Part shown: piece after piece, positions 29,268 through 32,000 of the stretch
How the letters are laid out: each line of letters begins with the position of its first letter
Position numbering within the stretch: position 1 is the first letter of the stretch
NCBI RefSeq assembly: GCF_021378375.1
Contig: NZ_CP076228.1
Location: 1,258,588 to 1,290,587, forward strand
Reading direction: 5' to 3'
Origin: Wolbachia endosymbiont of Drosophila innubila
GTDB taxonomy: Bacteria > Pseudomonadota > Alphaproteobacteria > Rickettsiales > Anaplasmataceae
DNA: 32,000 nucleotides
The notes under the pieces: model-generated
Databases searched by the model: none
What the model was told of the DNA's origin: nothing
Seen by the model: only the letters and a program-made list of their open reading frames with translations
Position numbers and translations under genes: made by a program

Positions 29268-30181
29268 GAGGTTGTCCGGAAACAAGTAAAAGGCTATAAT
29301 ATCTGAAATTTTAGTACGGGGTAAAGATGAGAAAAAAGTATCCAACAGATCTAAGCGAAAGGGAATGGGCAAGAATAGAAAAACACTTCAGAGTATCATA
29401 CAAGAAAGGAGGAAGGCTGCCAAAGTATAGCAAAAAAGAAATATTAGAAGCAATTTTCTATGTATTGCGTACAGGGTGTCAATGGCGGTATTTACCAAAT
29501 GATTTTCCGCTATGGAAGACTGTGTATGAGCAGTTCAGGCAATGGAAGAAGCAGGGAATTTTTGAGAAAATGAATTATGAAATTACAAAATATAGTAGAA
29601 GAAAAATAGGAAAGAATGAGCAGCCGAGTGCCTGTATAGTAGATAGTCAATCTGTAAAGACTACAGAAAAGGGGGGATCAAAGCTATGATGGAAGTAAAA
29701 AGTAAAGGGTAGAAAAAGGCATATAATTACAGACACTCAGGGTTTTATACTAGGTTGTTACGTAGGCGCTGCTAACGAAAATGATAGAGATGGTATTAAA
29801 ATAGCATTAAACAATATGAGAACAAAATATACTAAAAGTTAAAAAATGTGGGCTGACATGGGATACCAAGGAAGAAATTTAAAGAATCACATAAAGGAAG
29901 AATATGACATAGATATTGAAATTGTTAAAAGGCCTCCATGTAGATTTTGGGTGCACAAAGATACGCCACCTGAGCTACTACCAACAAGAGAACAAGGGTT
30001 TAAAGTACAGCCAAGAAGATGGGTTGTAGAAAGGACTTTTGCTTGGGTTAATAGGAATAGAAGGCTATCGAAGGAGTATGATTTACTCACAACATCCACT
30101 GAGAATTTCATATACCTAGCTATGAGTAGGGTTATGTTAAAGAGGGAATATGCTTGAATTTACTAGTTTCCGAACAACCTC
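29268..30181 (+). mobile_element. IS5-family insertion sequence (ISWpi1-like), copy 2
   Basis: 914 bp with TAA duplications at 29265-29267 and 30182-30184. orfA is 29327-29689 (120 aa) and an orfB fragment is 29846-30157. The right IR has two substitutions relative to copy 1. Confidence 0.9.
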
Positions 30182-30211
30182 TAATTCTAGAGCAGTATTT
30201 GAGAGGTTATT

Positions 30212-30934
30212 ATGGTGGCAATTCTAAATATAACAAAAGGCAAAAATAAAGTTATTGTGTCTGGATTAGCTGGAGCTTTATCAGCTTTAATATTTTTAAC
30301 AGCAATCCACATTGCCGCAAAGATAGCCATTATCGTTTCTGCTGCTGCAGTTACTTACTTATTACTTTCGCTGATTCATAAAATAAGAACTAAAAAAGAA
30401 CAGCCTGCTGAAATTACTGGTGTTTCAGGAGATGAAGGTGAAGAAAAAGGTACCGTAAAAGAACCAAAAAGAACTGAAACTGAGCTAGCAGAAGAAATAA
30501 TAAGGAAAAGAGCAGAAGAGTGCATGGAGAAAGGATCACTTGGTGGCCCTATAAATGCGTTTGGCGAACCAATTCTTGATGAATTTAAGAACACTGAAGG
30601 CAGTCATTCTGCTGATTATACAAAAACTATGGTAGTACCTGAGAAAATTATTCTTGACATGTCAGATGATAGAAATCCTGCACAAAATAACTCTAGCTCT
30701 ATAAAGAATCAGATGAAATCTCTCCCTGAACACATGGATGTATCTGGTAATCCACTTCCTGAGCAGCCACCGAGCAACCTTACCAATATAGGGCTTGGAT
30801 CATCTAAAAGTACGCAGAAACTATCTGCTGCAGACTTGCGATTACAGTATGGGAATGTAAATAATGATGTGAGGAAAGTGCTAGAATGGCCAATTACCTC
30901 AAAGGAGTTTAATGGGTTAGGGTTTAACAGGTAG
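30212..30934 (+). CDS. Hypothetical membrane protein (two N-terminal TM helices, charged low-complexity tail)
   Basis: 240-aa ORF with GAGAGG 7 nt upstream of the ATG. Hydrophobic segments lie at about residues 15-35 and 37-56. I recognise no family. Confidence 0.55.
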   Translation: MVAILNITKGKNKVIVSGLAGALSALIFLTAIHIAAKIAIIVSAAAVTYLLLSLIHKIRTKKEQPAEITGVSGDEGEEKGTVKEPKRTETELAEEIIRKRAEECMEKGSLGGPINAFGEPILDEFKNTEGSHSADYTKTMVVPEKIILDMSDDRNPAQNNSSSIKNQMKSLPEHMDVSGNPLPEQPPSNLTNIGLGSSKSTQKLSAADLRLQYGNVNNDVRKVLEWPITSKEFNGLGFNR

Positions 30935-30937
30935 TTG

Positions 30938-31675
30938 CTATATCAAACTCTCCATCTTATATTGAGGATCAGATGCAATGCCATACACTCTATTTGGCGG
31001 AGCAATTTTGTTCTCTATACCAAAAACTATACCTTCAATTATTGCTGTGAGTACTTTTTCAAGGTTACAATCTGTTCCAGGAACACGGTGCTCTAGGCGG
31101 CATCTTTTGGAATCGTTGCCAAAATAGGGAATTCTTATCGCAGCAGTTCTGTTATTTACTCCCCAACTAATCGTAGTTGGAGTGTGAATATCCGGATACT
31201 GAAATCTTAAATATGAATCATCATTTGGAGCAAAAAACAACATATGTTTTTTCATCATTGCACATAATCCACCAATACTATGAATCAGATAGTCACTGTA
31301 CTTTTGCTCATTGATATAAAATAAGTTACCGTTATTTGAATTCACGAGATTAACATGCACATTTAATGCACTGCCTGCTCTATCCAAATAAGGCTTTGCT
31401 TTAAAAGAAACATTCCCACCTAGTTTTTGTGCTGTTTCAGTAAGTGATTGTTTTGCTAACTCAAAATGCTTAATTAAATTGTAGGAGTTCGTATAACAAC
31501 CACTTTTTATCTCATACTGATGTGTAGAATTCTCCTTCTCGCAAGAAAATTCAAGAGATGCTATTTTATTTTTGATGCTATTCAGAAATAAGTATTCTTT
31601 TTCTATTCCTTCAATGTAAAACTCTAGTTCAATACCGAATACAGCATAACAACTCAAATTACTTAATATAATCAT
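30938..31675 (-). CDS. Glutamine synthetase catalytic-domain-only protein (mini GS-like)
   Basis: GS motifs GIELEFY, KPYLDRAGSALNVHVNL, NNRTAAIRIP and RLEHRVPGTDCN, but only 245 aa and no N-terminal beta-grasp domain. Confidence 0.75.
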   Translation of the reverse strand: MIILSNLSCYAVFGIELEFYIEGIEKEYLFLNSIKNKIASLEFSCEKENSTHQYEIKSGCYTNSYNLIKHFELAKQSLTETAQKLGGNVSFKAKPYLDRAGSALNVHVNLVNSNNGNLFYINEQKYSDYLIHSIGGLCAMMKKHMLFFAPNDDSYLRFQYPDIHTPTTISWGVNNRTAAIRIPYFGNDSKRCRLEHRVPGTDCNLEKVLTAIIEGIVFGIENKIAPPNRVYGIASDPQYKMESLI

Positions 31676-31822
31676 AAATTTGCTTCAGTAAATCTATATT
31701 AGGCTAGCTATATTTATATGAATACTTTACTTATTTGCCAGTAAATTTAACATCTTATTTATACATAATGTATTACTGTTTTTAATAGCATGCTTCTAAT
31801 CCTCGATACAAGCGACATTTAC

Positions 31823-31859
31823 AAATTGATCATTTTTTTGAAATAAAAATGATCAATTT
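31823..31859. repeat. Perfect 15-bp inverted repeat with 7-nt loop
   Basis: aaattgatcattttt (31823-31837), loop ttgaaat, then aaaaatgatcaattt (31845-31859). It lies about 150 bp upstream of the GS-like gene start. Confidence 0.5.
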
Positions 31860-32000
31860 TAATGTTTTTATACCCTTTACAACCCATCAAAAAATCACCA
31901 TAATTTTTAGTATGTATTAAGTAGTATTAGCTTTTCATTTTGCAGTAAGCTATTGATTATCTTATATTTTCTAATTATTGCTTTTTTCTTGGTGTGGTAT

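Noticed and set aside
14209-30181. Two IS copies plus the interior considered as a composite transposon carrying cargo
   Set aside because: Each IS has its own matching 3-bp duplication (TTA/TTA and TAA/TAA), so they are independent insertions. The interior consists of essential core genes (nusA-infB-rbfA, ubiA, ubiD).

Overview
AT-rich window that reads like a Wolbachia-type (Rickettsiales/Anaplasmataceae) chromosome segment; this assignment comes from gene content, an ISWpi1-like IS and palindromic repeats, with no database search. Most of it is core genes. On the minus strand: rpoD, five mrp/mnh antiporter subunits, rpoZ, a dsbA-like gene, ubiA, rbfA-infB-nusA and an orphan RND pump. On the plus strand: purE, mutL, sucA and ubiD. 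Accessory and decay features are: (1) a frameshifted, 3'-truncated IS110-family transposase at the left edge, next to a GDSL lipase. (2) mutL split by a 1-nt shortfall in an A6 run. (3) Two 914-bp IS5-family copies in inverted orientation. One splits an unknown gene whose frame is restored by in-silico excision. The other sits 2 bp downstream of a near-consensus promoter -10 box. (4) A 0.76-kb island of stacked palindromic elements upstream of sucA. (5) Two diverged copies of an intergenic module led by a consensus sigma70 promoter and running about 240 nt to a shared T-rich tail; I think this candidate sRNA or mobile-promoter family is the most novel signal. (6) An orphan GTA g12-like (DUF2460) gene. 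(7) A class II Fic protein abutting an ATPase gene stub. (8) An orphan XRE regulator with a perfect operator-like palindrome. (9) A 245-aa minimal glutamine-synthetase-like ORF. I saw no rRNA, tRNA or CRISPR array. Several frameshifts fall in homopolymer runs, so sequencing error must be excluded before calling them pseudogenes.
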